The notes under the pieces are model-generated. The model searched no databases and was not told the origin of the DNA. It saw only the letters and a program-made list of their open reading frames with translations. Below, piece after piece: positions 19,394-28,661 of a stretch of DNA of 64,000 bases. The stretch spans positions 11,018 to 75,017 of the forward strand of contig JAFTFG010000005.1 in NCBI GenBank assembly GCA_017449675.1. The letters are read 5' to 3'. Made by a program: the position numbers and the translations under genes. The stretch is from Prevotella sp. (lineage in GTDB: Bacteria > Bacteroidota > Bacteroidia > Bacteroidales > Bacteroidaceae). How positions within the stretch are numbered: the first letter of the stretch is position 1; each line of letters starts with the position of its first letter.

Positions 19394-20043
19394 CGGAGAA
19401 AACACTGGACTATGATGCTTTAGGTATAACCCCTGCTAATCTCTATGAGCAGATGGGCTATCACGACGTGGAACCTGATGAGGCGACACGACGGGAGGCA
19501 TTAGCCATCATGGACGAGGTACGCCCTTGGCTGCGCCCTCAGTTCTGCTATCAAGTCGTGAAAGACCTGCCCGCCTTCGCCATGGGTAAGATTATCCCCC
19601 GTCAGTTACGTGGCTCAGAGGCTTATGCCCTCTTTGTCTGTACGAGTGGCACGGCGTATGAGGCATACCAGCAACGGCTGAAGGACGAGGGGGATATGGT
19701 ACGTGTATTCATTGCCGATGCCCTCGGCTCTGTCATTGCCGAGCATTGCGCCGACCAGATGGAGGTGAGTCTGCAAGAGAGTATCGATAAGTTAGGTTGG
19801 CATCATACCAACCGTTTCTCCCCTGGCTATTGTGGCTGGCATGTGTCCCAACAACAACTGCTCTTCCCTTTGTTTGAAGGGCATACCTGTGGAGTCCGCC
19901 TGACAGACTCCTCCCTGATGGTACCCATCAAGTCAGTCAGTGGCATTATCGGACTGGGCAAGGATGTCCGCCATCTGGACTATACCTGTGGACTCTGTGA
20001 TTTCAAACAGTGTTTCAGGCGGAAACTACGCCCGACCCACTGA
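19390..20043 (+). CDS. Stand-alone B12-dependent methionine synthase activation (AdoMet-binding) domain
   Basis: DALGSVIAE, RFSPGYCGW, MVPIKSVSGIIG and a C-terminal CxxCxxxxC. Confidence 0.85.
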   Translation: MTEKTLDYDALGITPANLYEQMGYHDVEPDEATRREALAIMDEVRPWLRPQFCYQVVKDLPAFAMGKIIPRQLRGSEAYALFVCTSGTAYEAYQQRLKDEGDMVRVFIADALGSVIAEHCADQMEVSLQESIDKLGWHHTNRFSPGYCGWHVSQQQLLFPLFEGHTCGVRLTDSSLMVPIKSVSGIIGLGKDVRHLDYTCGLCDFKQCFRRKLRPTH

Positions 20044-20050
20044 TTGGATT

Positions 20051-22891
20051 TTACAATTTCCCTAATAACTGCTTGGCGACAGTGACGGCGGAGTTGGCGT
20101 TGTCGCTATAACCGTCGGCTCCTATCTCATCAGCGAAGCCTTGGGTGACGGGGGCACCACCTACCATCACTTTCACTTGGTTGCGGATGCCAGCAGTCTC
20201 CAAGGCATCGATGACCTCCTTCATATACCCCATCGTCGTGGTGAGTAGGGCACTCATACAAAGGATATCGGGTTGATTCTCCTTGATAGCCTCGATGAAG
20301 GTGTCGGCAGAGACATCAATACCGATATTCACCACCTCGAAGCCACAGCCTTCCAGCATGGAGGCAACGAGGTTCTTGCCGATGTCATGCAGGTCGCCTT
20401 TCACAGTGCCAATCACCACCTTTCCCAAAGACGTACTTGCCGTACCAGCCATCATCGGTTTCAACAGTTCGAGTGCCGCCTTCATGGCACGTCCAGCCAT
20501 CAGCAACTGAGGCACGAAAGCCTTGCCGTCCTGGAAACGTCTGCCCACCTCACTCATCGCACGGATCATCTGTCCGTTGATGATGTCTTGTGGAGCGATG
20601 TTCTGGGCGATAGCGTCCCTTGTGGCTGCAGCGGCATCATCGCTCTTGCCATCGAGGATCGCCTGATAGAGGCGTTCGGAGGGGGTGTGCTCGGAGGTAC
20701 GGGGGAACGGGGGAGCGGGAGTGCTAGGCATACTAGGATTACTAGGTGTACTAGGTATACTAGAGAGACTAGGACTCTCCCCAGGACGTAGGGGTGACAG
20801 GAATACCCCAGGGACAGGCTCTACCGCCTGTGCCATCAGTCGGATATGGGCATCTGTCGTACCGCAGCATCCTCCGATGATGTTCAGGCAATGGTTTTCC
20901 AACAACTGCCATACATTACCCAGCAGACTCTCTGGTGTCTTGGTATACTGTCCTTTGGCATCAGGCATTCCTGCGTTGGGGTAGAGGCTGACCCTCGTTC
21001 CGAACTGTGACAGTTGACAGATCAGTGGAGTCATCTGCTGGACATCAGAGAGACAGTTGATGCCGATAGAGTATAGAGAGGTAAGAGGTAGGTTGGAGGT
21101 AAGAGATTTGATAAATTCACAGATATCCTGCCCCAGCATATTATGACCATCAGGGGTAGAGACGGAGAAACTGAGCATGATAGGGAGGTCGGGGGCGATG
21201 CGTGTTGCCGCCTCGATGGCGATACGGGCATTCTCCACATCGAAGATGGTCTCGATGAGTAGTACATCCACACCTCCTTCGGCAAGTGCTTTGATCTGTT
21301 CCTCGTAGGCTGTACGTAGTTCTTCCTTGGACAAGGGGACACCAGAGGTGGCTACAGAGGTCGTACGACTGGTCGGACCAATACTGCCTGCGACATAGCG
21401 TGGTTTCTCTGGCATCGAATACCTCTCCGCCATCTCACGGGCTATCTTCACAGCGGCAAGGTTGATGTCCCGGCAATAGTCCTGCATCCCATAGTCACCC
21501 ATCGAGATGCGCTGTGCATTGAACGTGTTGGTCTCAATGATGTCAGCACCCGCCTCCAAGTATTTGCGGTGAATATCCCGAACAATGAAAGGACAGGTCA
21601 GCGATAGTACGTCATTACAGCCTTTCAGGTCGTAGTCATGATGGGCGAAGCGTGACCCACGGAAATCCTCCTCCCGCAGTTGGTATTGCTGAATCATCGT
21701 TCCCATCGCACCGTCGAGGACGAGGATGCGGTTGGTAGGGATGGCGGGTCTGTCATTCTTGACAGTCTCAGTGGGGGATTCGATGAGGCGGATAATCTCT
21801 TTTACCTCCTCATCCACCTCGTCATGACTTTGGTATTCCTCGATGATGCGCATTGCCTGTTCCACCTCTCGCTCGTTATGGAAGTCCATCTCCAGATGTA
21901 CGCCATCGCCACCAATATTGTCGAGCAACGGACGTAACTCGTCGAGTGTCACCCAACAAGCCATGATACTCTTGCCGTGGGCAAGGATTTTCTTGTAGAG
22001 GTCATACCACTTAGGACTACCTCCCTGTGGCTCACCCACACCAGGAGTCCACTGGATAGCGTTCAACTCCTCGATCTCCAAGAGAGCATCCAGATGATGC
22101 ATGGCACCCACACCGTCCAGATGGTAGAGGGTATAGTCAATCTTCTGACACTGTTCACGGATAAACGGCTGTACGAAGCGACGATAGTCATCCACACTGA
22201 TCATCGTAGAGATATCACTCTGTAGTTTCGACATCTTGCCAGGAGCCCATGAGGAGAAATAGCAGAATGCCATCTCGTCACCCTCACGGATGATATCGTA
22301 GAGTTCGTCGAACACTTGGAAATAGATATCGTTGATCTGTTGCATCTGGTGCTCCAGAACCTCTGGTTGCATCACGGTGTCAAGCAGAACCTTGTCAGTA
22401 CCCTTGATGGCGGCAAGCACGTCGAGCCCTTCCATCAAGTCGGGCATGCCCACATAATAATGTCCCTGTGCCTTCTGCTTGCAAGCCTTTAACAGTTCCT
22501 TATGCAGCAGGTAGTTGGGATGGTTGGGGTCAAAAACGATATCATCTTTATAGTGAGGGTCAGGATGGATCCAGATCGTATCCTCACCACCCTCAAAGAC
22601 ACCACCAAGGATGGCGGCAAGGGAGCCTGGTCCCAGTTGGGTGTTAGCCACAGGCAGCATGTCAGCCATCAATGACGAGTGTGCCACATACCAGTCGAGG
22701 TAGTCGGCACGCCATTGCGGGTCGAACCATTTCTGGTTCAAGTCACGGGGTGCTGGCGGCATGGGGATGTCGGCATGAGGGGTAACTCCCTCTTGGAAGT
22801 GTTCCCACATATTCAGAATGATACCCTTGTGGTTCCACCAGTTGATGTATCGTTTCTTTGTCTCCTCGAGATTCGGTTTCCAAGTATTCAT
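20051..22891 (-). CDS. Three-domain fusion: URO-D-like methyltransferase + homocysteine S-methyltransferase + B12-binding domain
   Basis: N-terminal ~355 aa URO-D-like barrel (LGPGSLAA, LQSD, YHLDG, IQWTPG). MetH Hcy domain LVLDGAMGT...GADIIETNTF...GINC...GGCCGTT. Cap plus B12 motif GDLHDIGKNLV...SALLT...VGGA. No pterin-binding domain. Confidence 0.9.
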   Translation of the reverse strand: MNTWKPNLEETKKRYINWWNHKGIILNMWEHFQEGVTPHADIPMPPAPRDLNQKWFDPQWRADYLDWYVAHSSLMADMLPVANTQLGPGSLAAILGGVFEGGEDTIWIHPDPHYKDDIVFDPNHPNYLLHKELLKACKQKAQGHYYVGMPDLMEGLDVLAAIKGTDKVLLDTVMQPEVLEHQMQQINDIYFQVFDELYDIIREGDEMAFCYFSSWAPGKMSKLQSDISTMISVDDYRRFVQPFIREQCQKIDYTLYHLDGVGAMHHLDALLEIEELNAIQWTPGVGEPQGGSPKWYDLYKKILAHGKSIMACWVTLDELRPLLDNIGGDGVHLEMDFHNEREVEQAMRIIEEYQSHDEVDEEVKEIIRLIESPTETVKNDRPAIPTNRILVLDGAMGTMIQQYQLREEDFRGSRFAHHDYDLKGCNDVLSLTCPFIVRDIHRKYLEAGADIIETNTFNAQRISMGDYGMQDYCRDINLAAVKIAREMAERYSMPEKPRYVAGSIGPTSRTTSVATSGVPLSKEELRTAYEEQIKALAEGGVDVLLIETIFDVENARIAIEAATRIAPDLPIMLSFSVSTPDGHNMLGQDICEFIKSLTSNLPLTSLYSIGINCLSDVQQMTPLICQLSQFGTRVSLYPNAGMPDAKGQYTKTPESLLGNVWQLLENHCLNIIGGCCGTTDAHIRLMAQAVEPVPGVFLSPLRPGESPSLSSIPSTPSNPSMPSTPAPPFPRTSEHTPSERLYQAILDGKSDDAAAATRDAIAQNIAPQDIINGQMIRAMSEVGRRFQDGKAFVPQLLMAGRAMKAALELLKPMMAGTASTSLGKVVIGTVKGDLHDIGKNLVASMLEGCGFEVVNIGIDVSADTFIEAIKENQPDILCMSALLTTTMGYMKEVIDALETAGIRNQVKVMVGGAPVTQGFADEIGADGYSDNANSAVTVAKQLLGKL
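20724..20776. repeat. 9-bp tandem repeat (ctagg core x6) encoding a Pro/Ser linker
   Basis: ctag at a 9-bp period; encodes SPSLSSIPSTPSNPSMPSTP between the Hcy and B12 domains. Confidence 0.8.
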
Positions 22892-22898
22892 TATATCT

Positions 22899-25800
22899 TC
22901 ACTTTTTGATTTTCAGTATGTGTTGTCCCTCGCCAACCACGGTCGTCTGTCCGCTATAGGGGAGTCGAATGGTTGCTTTCCTACCTGTGGGAATGTCTGC
23001 CTTTAGCACAAAGGTATTGTCTTCAAAATGCCAGTCAACCTTTACGCCTTCCATCTGTCCTCGGCACCAAGTAAGGTCGCCCACAGGATGAGGGGCTATC
23101 GTGATATGGTCATCCTCCCGCCAGATGCCTAGGAAATAAGGTATGAGCAGGTTGTTCAGGTGTCCCATCATGAAATGGTTCATGGAGGCACCGTGCTCTG
23201 GGTTCCATTGCTCCGTCAGCGTGGTATGTCCGAGTTTGATCTGATAGCCGTAGCCAGGTACGTCGTAGTGGTTCAGCATCTTGTAGAGCAGTTCCTGCTG
23301 TCCGTTATGGATGAGGGCGTTAAACAGATAGCGGTTGCCTACGTCACCCGTTGTCAGGCGGTCTCCATGGGCATGGATATCGTTTATCAGTTGTTGTAAT
23401 ACCGCCTCACGGTCACCTTCTGGTACCAGGTTCATCTCAAGGGCAATCGCCTGTGCACACTGACTGCCAGTGGCATACTGATGGGTGGTAGGGTTGTAGA
23501 ACTCCTTGATGAATGCTGCCTTGATACTGTCTGCGCGTGCCTCACCCATCAGGTGGTTCCACCAATAGTAATGAGCCGTCGAGACAAGCGGCATGGGAGT
23601 GTTCTGTGCAAATCCCGCACGCCCTGGTCCGTAGTCGTACCAGTCGCCCAGTCCCTGACGAAGGATATAGCATGAGTCCTGCGTCGCCAGATAATCCACA
23701 TAACGCTTCATCTGCGGGCGATAGCGAGTGATGAGTTTATCGTCACCATAGAATGACTGATAGAGGAAGGGCAAGGCGATGAAGGCTCCTCCCCATTCAG
23801 GCGACTCTAGGAATGGAGGTGCCCATGAGCCTTCGAAGATCACGTAGTTAGGGGCTATCTCAGGCAAGGCGCCATGGGGGTATTGTACGTCAGCGATGTT
23901 CTGCATGGTCTGCTCCATCATCGCACGACAGTCGTAATTGGCAAGGAGTCCCTCGCCGTTCAGCCAGTCTTGTTCCAGCCAACCCAGTTTTTCACGATGG
24001 GGACAGTCTGTCCATACTGCCTGCCAATTGGAGCGGATGGCACGGTCTATCAGGCGGTAGGCATCGTTGAAGAGAGGATTGGAACACTCGAAGTCGCCCG
24101 TTTTCTGTGCAGAGTTATACACGAAGCATGACTCGATGTTCTTCAACACGTCAAGGTCGCCCTCTACTTGCAGATAGCGATAGCCATAATATGAGAAACG
24201 GGGATGCCATCTTTCTGGTTGTTGGTTGTCACCTTTTAATATATAGGTGTAATAATGTGGGCGACCCGTTTGCTTCTGATTCACCAGTCCGTCTTTTGTC
24301 AAGGTCTCGCCAGGAGTCAGTCTCAGCCATTGTCCCCGTTGTCCCTTGACGGTAATCTCTGGGAATCCCGCCAGGTTCTGTCCCATGTCGAGTATTAGGA
24401 CGGAGTCATTCTTAATAGTATCCTTGACAGGATAGCGTTCCATGATTTTGACAGGCTCTGCCATCTGTTGGCGGAGGACACCCTTAGGAGCCTCTTGGAT
24501 GACGACAGGGTGCCAGTCGGTAGCATCCTCCAAGCGAGCGTCATAGTCCTCACCGCCATAGATGCTGTTAAACGTGACAGGTGATAATGCCCACTGCCAT
24601 TGTCCGTCACTGACGATATCCTCTGTCTTTCCGTCGAGATACTCAATGCGCATGCGGAACAGGAGGGTGGGAGGACCAAACGAGATCTTCATCTTGGCAT
24701 AGCGTCGTCCCTGTTCGTTGTAGAAACCATTGCCTAACAGGACTTCTATAGTGGTGAGTGATGAGTGGTGAGTGGTGAGTTGGGGGGTGACGTCGTAGGT
24801 GTTATAAAAGATACTCTTGTCATAGTCACTCCATAGTGGTGCAAAGGATGCGTCACCCACCTTCTTACCGTTGATGGTGAGTTCATAGAACCCCAGTCCG
24901 ACGATAGAGACGGTTGCCTTGAATACTTTCCCTTTGAGGGGAATATCTCTGCGTAGCACGATACTCCGTTGGCTCAGGGTGTCGACATTCTTCCATGCCT
25001 CTTTCACCAGAGGCTCTTTCAGTTTGGCACCTGTGTAGTTGCGTCCCTCAGGTAATCGTGCATCCTTCTTCGTGATAGCACCAATCCACTGAGCCTTCTC
25101 AGAGACTTCTATATCATCAGAGTAATCAACCCCATCGATGGCATAAGTGATTTTACCATCCTTTATTTCCGCATCGACACAACGTCGTCCAGAGAGATAG
25201 AGTCGGAAGCGACAGTTCCACTCACGAGACCATGCCGGGAAGAGGATGGGATTGTGATCAAGGTCTTCCTGTAGCAGCATCTCTTGCAGTCCAATCATAC
25301 CAGCGCCCCCTCTGTTATGGTCAGGAGCCCAGTCGAAACCAGGATCCCAGAAAGCGGGGAAGCGATAGGGACCATTACCCAACTTCTCCGTATTCAGACG
25401 TGTTGCCTCGTCGGTCATACCCAGACATGCCGCCCAGATATTATCCTGTTTCCATCCCTTTGTACTACGCATCTCGATGGCGTGCGGATCTTTGAGATAG
25501 GTATTACGGGCAATATCAAGGTGTGGTCGTCCCATACCGTAGATGCGCCAAGGGAATACAGGGTATAGTTGTGGTGTCTCCGTGTTCTGTATCCGTTCCC
25601 AACTGACAGCAGGTGCGATACAGGTGTCACCGTCAATCACATGAAGGGGAATGTCGGGAATAGTGGAAATATCCGCACCAACATCGACGAGATAGTCTTT
25701 CAGTGCCTGCAAGGCAGCGATGGTACTGGAGGGATTACGTGCTATTTTATAGGTCTCACAGCCCGATCCGGGATAGATAACGAGGTTAGGGTAGTGCTCA

Positions 25801-27248
25801 ACGAAGAAACGCAGGGGCTCAGTGACGAGGACACGGTATTTCTCCAAGGTAGAGTCAGGGTACCATGGCAACATATCGAGGTACATCTTTCCAAACTCCA
25901 AGGCGGTGTCCCACTCATATTCCAGCCATTTGTTCTTCTCTACGCCCCAGTCATCACCATCCTTGTGCTTGCCGTATTCGGCAGGATTGGGCAGTCCGAA
26001 GTTCTCTATCTGTTCACTGAAGCATGCCCCTCCGTGTCCCCAGTGGTGACGTGACCATGCTATGGCATTAGGCAGCATCCGCAGATAGGTGTCGAGTTGA
26101 GGCTTTAGAACCTCGTAATCACCACTTTTAAGCATAGGCCAATAGACCAGACGTTGGTTCTGTGCCGTCATCGTACCGCCACCCCATTTACGATAGTCTG
26201 GGGTGAACGTCATCGTAGAGTCGACATAGACGGGGTCAAAGGTAAAGAGACCGCCATTGAATTTCGTGGGCCACTTACCATAAGCGTTACATCCCAGCAT
26301 ATACCGCATCAGTTCGTAGTTGCGGATCATCTGTGTCACCTCCTGCTGTCCGCAGTCAGTCTGTATGTAACTCCGTTGCCAATATTTATGCCACCATGTT
26401 TTGCTTCTCTCCTTTGATACCGTTGCACTGACAGACGAAGTAGGTGCTTTACCAGTATATAATTGAATAGAGATAACTCCTTTCTTCATCTTCTTTCGTT
26501 GGAAGTTCCAACTGCGATAGTCTGTCGAGGCGTATATGCCCTCCGTAGTCCCTATGTACGAGAACCCGTCAGCCTGCATCTTTCCTCCCATTCTCAAATT
26601 GCCGATGGGGTTATAGAGGTCGTCCTTGATGGCATCCAAACGCTCACGGCTGACAGTGAAGTCGAACACCGTCTCTGCTTTATTCTGATGGGTAAAAGTC
26701 AAGTGACTTCCTTTTGCGTGGATTTCGTCTGCGAATGTCTTGCAGTCAGCAGGTAATACCCACTTATAGGAACACTGTTGGCACTCTGCCTTCGTCACAG
26801 GACGGTCTTTGTATCGCCAACTCTCGTAACTGAGCGTCGCTTGTTTTGTGTGCTGCGATTCTATCGCAGCAAAGGCAACGGGCTCATAGACATCCACCCA
26901 TATCTGGATATTGACATCCTTTCCCTTGATATAGACGGCACCCTCATCAAGGCATAGCCGTTGCTCAAAGTGGTTATCGTCGAAAGGATTCCCTTCCAGA
27001 TGCAGTCTCCAGCGTCCAGCCTTCAACAGGGTGTTGTTCTCATCAAACCATCCGCTTTGGGCGATATAGAAAAGCACATCCCCGTTCTCTACCCATACGT
27101 TCATGCCGATGTCATGACCTCCGCAGGGCATTGACTCACTGGAGTTCTTGCTGGGAGTTGTCCAGACATAATCCTTTGGGATATAGTCGGAGGCGTTGGT
27201 AAGCGTTGAGAACGCTAACAAAAGGGAGAGGAGAATGCCTTTTTTCAT
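22899..27248 (-). CDS. Fusion: DUF5703/GH142-like (alpha/alpha)6 glycosidase + GH78 alpha-L-rhamnosidase
   Basis: N-half has SSESMPCGGHDIGMNVW, PTKFNGGLF, QNQRLVYWP, DWAPDHN. C-half has GH78 motifs DMGQNLAG, TDCPHREKLGWL, LGDW, TTLTEQW, SMNHFMMG. The GH142 label is recalled, not searched. Confidence 0.75.
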   Translation of the reverse strand: MKKGILLSLLLAFSTLTNASDYIPKDYVWTTPSKNSSESMPCGGHDIGMNVWVENGDVLFYIAQSGWFDENNTLLKAGRWRLHLEGNPFDDNHFEQRLCLDEGAVYIKGKDVNIQIWVDVYEPVAFAAIESQHTKQATLSYESWRYKDRPVTKAECQQCSYKWVLPADCKTFADEIHAKGSHLTFTHQNKAETVFDFTVSRERLDAIKDDLYNPIGNLRMGGKMQADGFSYIGTTEGIYASTDYRSWNFQRKKMKKGVISIQLYTGKAPTSSVSATVSKERSKTWWHKYWQRSYIQTDCGQQEVTQMIRNYELMRYMLGCNAYGKWPTKFNGGLFTFDPVYVDSTMTFTPDYRKWGGGTMTAQNQRLVYWPMLKSGDYEVLKPQLDTYLRMLPNAIAWSRHHWGHGGACFSEQIENFGLPNPAEYGKHKDGDDWGVEKNKWLEYEWDTALEFGKMYLDMLPWYPDSTLEKYRVLVTEPLRFFVEHYPNLVIYPGSGCETYKIARNPSSTIAALQALKDYLVDVGADISTIPDIPLHVIDGDTCIAPAVSWERIQNTETPQLYPVFPWRIYGMGRPHLDIARNTYLKDPHAIEMRSTKGWKQDNIWAACLGMTDEATRLNTEKLGNGPYRFPAFWDPGFDWAPDHNRGGAGMIGLQEMLLQEDLDHNPILFPAWSREWNCRFRLYLSGRRCVDAEIKDGKITYAIDGVDYSDDIEVSEKAQWIGAITKKDARLPEGRNYTGAKLKEPLVKEAWKNVDTLSQRSIVLRRDIPLKGKVFKATVSIVGLGFYELTINGKKVGDASFAPLWSDYDKSIFYNTYDVTPQLTTHHSSLTTIEVLLGNGFYNEQGRRYAKMKISFGPPTLLFRMRIEYLDGKTEDIVSDGQWQWALSPVTFNSIYGGEDYDARLEDATDWHPVVIQEAPKGVLRQQMAEPVKIMERYPVKDTIKNDSVLILDMGQNLAGFPEITVKGQRGQWLRLTPGETLTKDGLVNQKQTGRPHYYTYILKGDNQQPERWHPRFSYYGYRYLQVEGDLDVLKNIESCFVYNSAQKTGDFECSNPLFNDAYRLIDRAIRSNWQAVWTDCPHREKLGWLEQDWLNGEGLLANYDCRAMMEQTMQNIADVQYPHGALPEIAPNYVIFEGSWAPPFLESPEWGGAFIALPFLYQSFYGDDKLITRYRPQMKRYVDYLATQDSCYILRQGLGDWYDYGPGRAGFAQNTPMPLVSTAHYYWWNHLMGEARADSIKAAFIKEFYNPTTHQYATGSQCAQAIALEMNLVPEGDREAVLQQLINDIHAHGDRLTTGDVGNRYLFNALIHNGQQELLYKMLNHYDVPGYGYQIKLGHTTLTEQWNPEHGASMNHFMMGHLNNLLIPYFLGIWREDDHITIAPHPVGDLTWCRGQMEGVKVDWHFEDNTFVLKADIPTGRKATIRLPYSGQTTVVGEGQHILKIKK

Positions 27249-27253
27249 ATAGA

Positions 27254-28660
27254 TTACCAGTTATCAGTTCGGAAGGAAGAGACGGGGAGACCGTCGTGCA
27301 TCAAGTCCCCATCCGACCAGTCTTTGAAGGCATAGCGTACGGCGACAGGTTGTTGGACGGCATCACAGGTGATATAGACACGATTACGGGACACCCACAC
27401 CTTGGTGGCGGGGTGGAACACCTTGTCTGCGCCTGCCACCTCAAAGTTGTTGGAGGTGGTGCCATGCTCGAAATAGACCCATTCCTTGGAGCGGTCGAAG
27501 GCTACGACAGCGGTATCGTTCTGGAAGGTCACCTCCTTATAAGACGCGAACTCTGGCAATCCCTTGACATCGTAAGTGTTGGCAAGGGCGAGAAGGGCAA
27601 GTCGCTCACCAGCCTGACGCTTCTTGCGGGGGTGGATGCCATATTCCAGACCAGCATCCATCAGCACCGCCATGCGTGCATTGGGAATCATGGTCTCAGC
27701 CTTTGCCTGCTGCTCACGCAGATACTGGCTGTCTTTCCAGTCTATCAAGGAATAGTCGTAAGGGGCTATCTGACAGTAATAGAAGGGGAAGTCGCCTTGT
27801 CTCCACTCACTACGCCAGCCCTCTACCATCGTTTTCAATAGGGGAGCATAGTAGTCGTAGCGGGGCACGTTATCCTCTCCCTGATACCAGATGGCGCCTT
27901 TCATGGTATAACCAATGAGGGGATGCAACTGACCGTTATAGAGAGCGGTAGGACAACGCTGCTCTAACTTCTTGACATCCGCCTCCGTGATCGTTTGTTG
28001 TACCTTTGGGAAGGCACGTAACCAGTCTGCCTTCATCCAAGCCTCACAGGCAGAACCGCCCCATGCAGTGACGATAAGTCCTACGGGTACATCCAAGGTG
28101 GCTCGTAAGGCACGACCGAAATAGTAGGCTGTTGCCGAGAAGTCACGGACACTGGCACTGTTAGCCTCGCTCCATTGTCCCGTCACGTCATATTCTGGAG
28201 TTAGGGATACATGGCGCTTGACAGTGAATAGTCGCAGTTGGGAGTCCTTGCAACGCAACAACTCCTCTGTCGTTCCCTCGACGGGTTGCTGTTTGAATCC
28301 TTTCATCTGCATCTCCATATTCGACTGTCCGGAGCAGATCCATACCTCACCGATAAGGATATTATGCAGGGTGAACGACTTGCCGTCATTGAAAGTGATC
28401 TCATACGGTCCACCCGCCTTTGGTGTCTGTACCTTCACCTCAAACTGTCCGTTCTGGTCTGCCTTTACCTGATAACTCCTCTGATTCCATGAGGTCGTGA
28501 TCTTCACGGTCTTACCTTTATCGGCTGTTCCCCAAAGGTTACACTCGGTTTGTTGTTGCAACACCATATTGTCGCTAAAGAATCTCGGAAGTCTTACCTC
28601 GGCAAAGGAAGCACTGAGGGATAACAAACACGTGATCAAAAAGAATGTGATGCGTCTCAT
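27254..28660 (-). CDS. Sialate O-acetylesterase (SASA) family acetylesterase (BT0985-like)
   Basis: GEVWICSGQSNM, WGGS, IWYQGE, IHP motifs; signal peptide. Confidence 0.9.
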   Translation of the reverse strand: MRRITFFLITCLLSLSASFAEVRLPRFFSDNMVLQQQTECNLWGTADKGKTVKITTSWNQRSYQVKADQNGQFEVKVQTPKAGGPYEITFNDGKSFTLHNILIGEVWICSGQSNMEMQMKGFKQQPVEGTTEELLRCKDSQLRLFTVKRHVSLTPEYDVTGQWSEANSASVRDFSATAYYFGRALRATLDVPVGLIVTAWGGSACEAWMKADWLRAFPKVQQTITEADVKKLEQRCPTALYNGQLHPLIGYTMKGAIWYQGEDNVPRYDYYAPLLKTMVEGWRSEWRQGDFPFYYCQIAPYDYSLIDWKDSQYLREQQAKAETMIPNARMAVLMDAGLEYGIHPRKKRQAGERLALLALANTYDVKGLPEFASYKEVTFQNDTAVVAFDRSKEWVYFEHGTTSNNFEVAGADKVFHPATKVWVSRNRVYITCDAVQQPVAVRYAFKDWSDGDLMHDGLPVSSFRTDNW

Positions 28661-28661
28661 A

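Noticed and set aside
20051..22891. Calling this gene canonical metH, or 18383-19393 hemE
   Set aside because: The fusion lacks pterin and activation domains, and the URO-D protein has methyltransferase-type Zn motifs in a corrinoid context.
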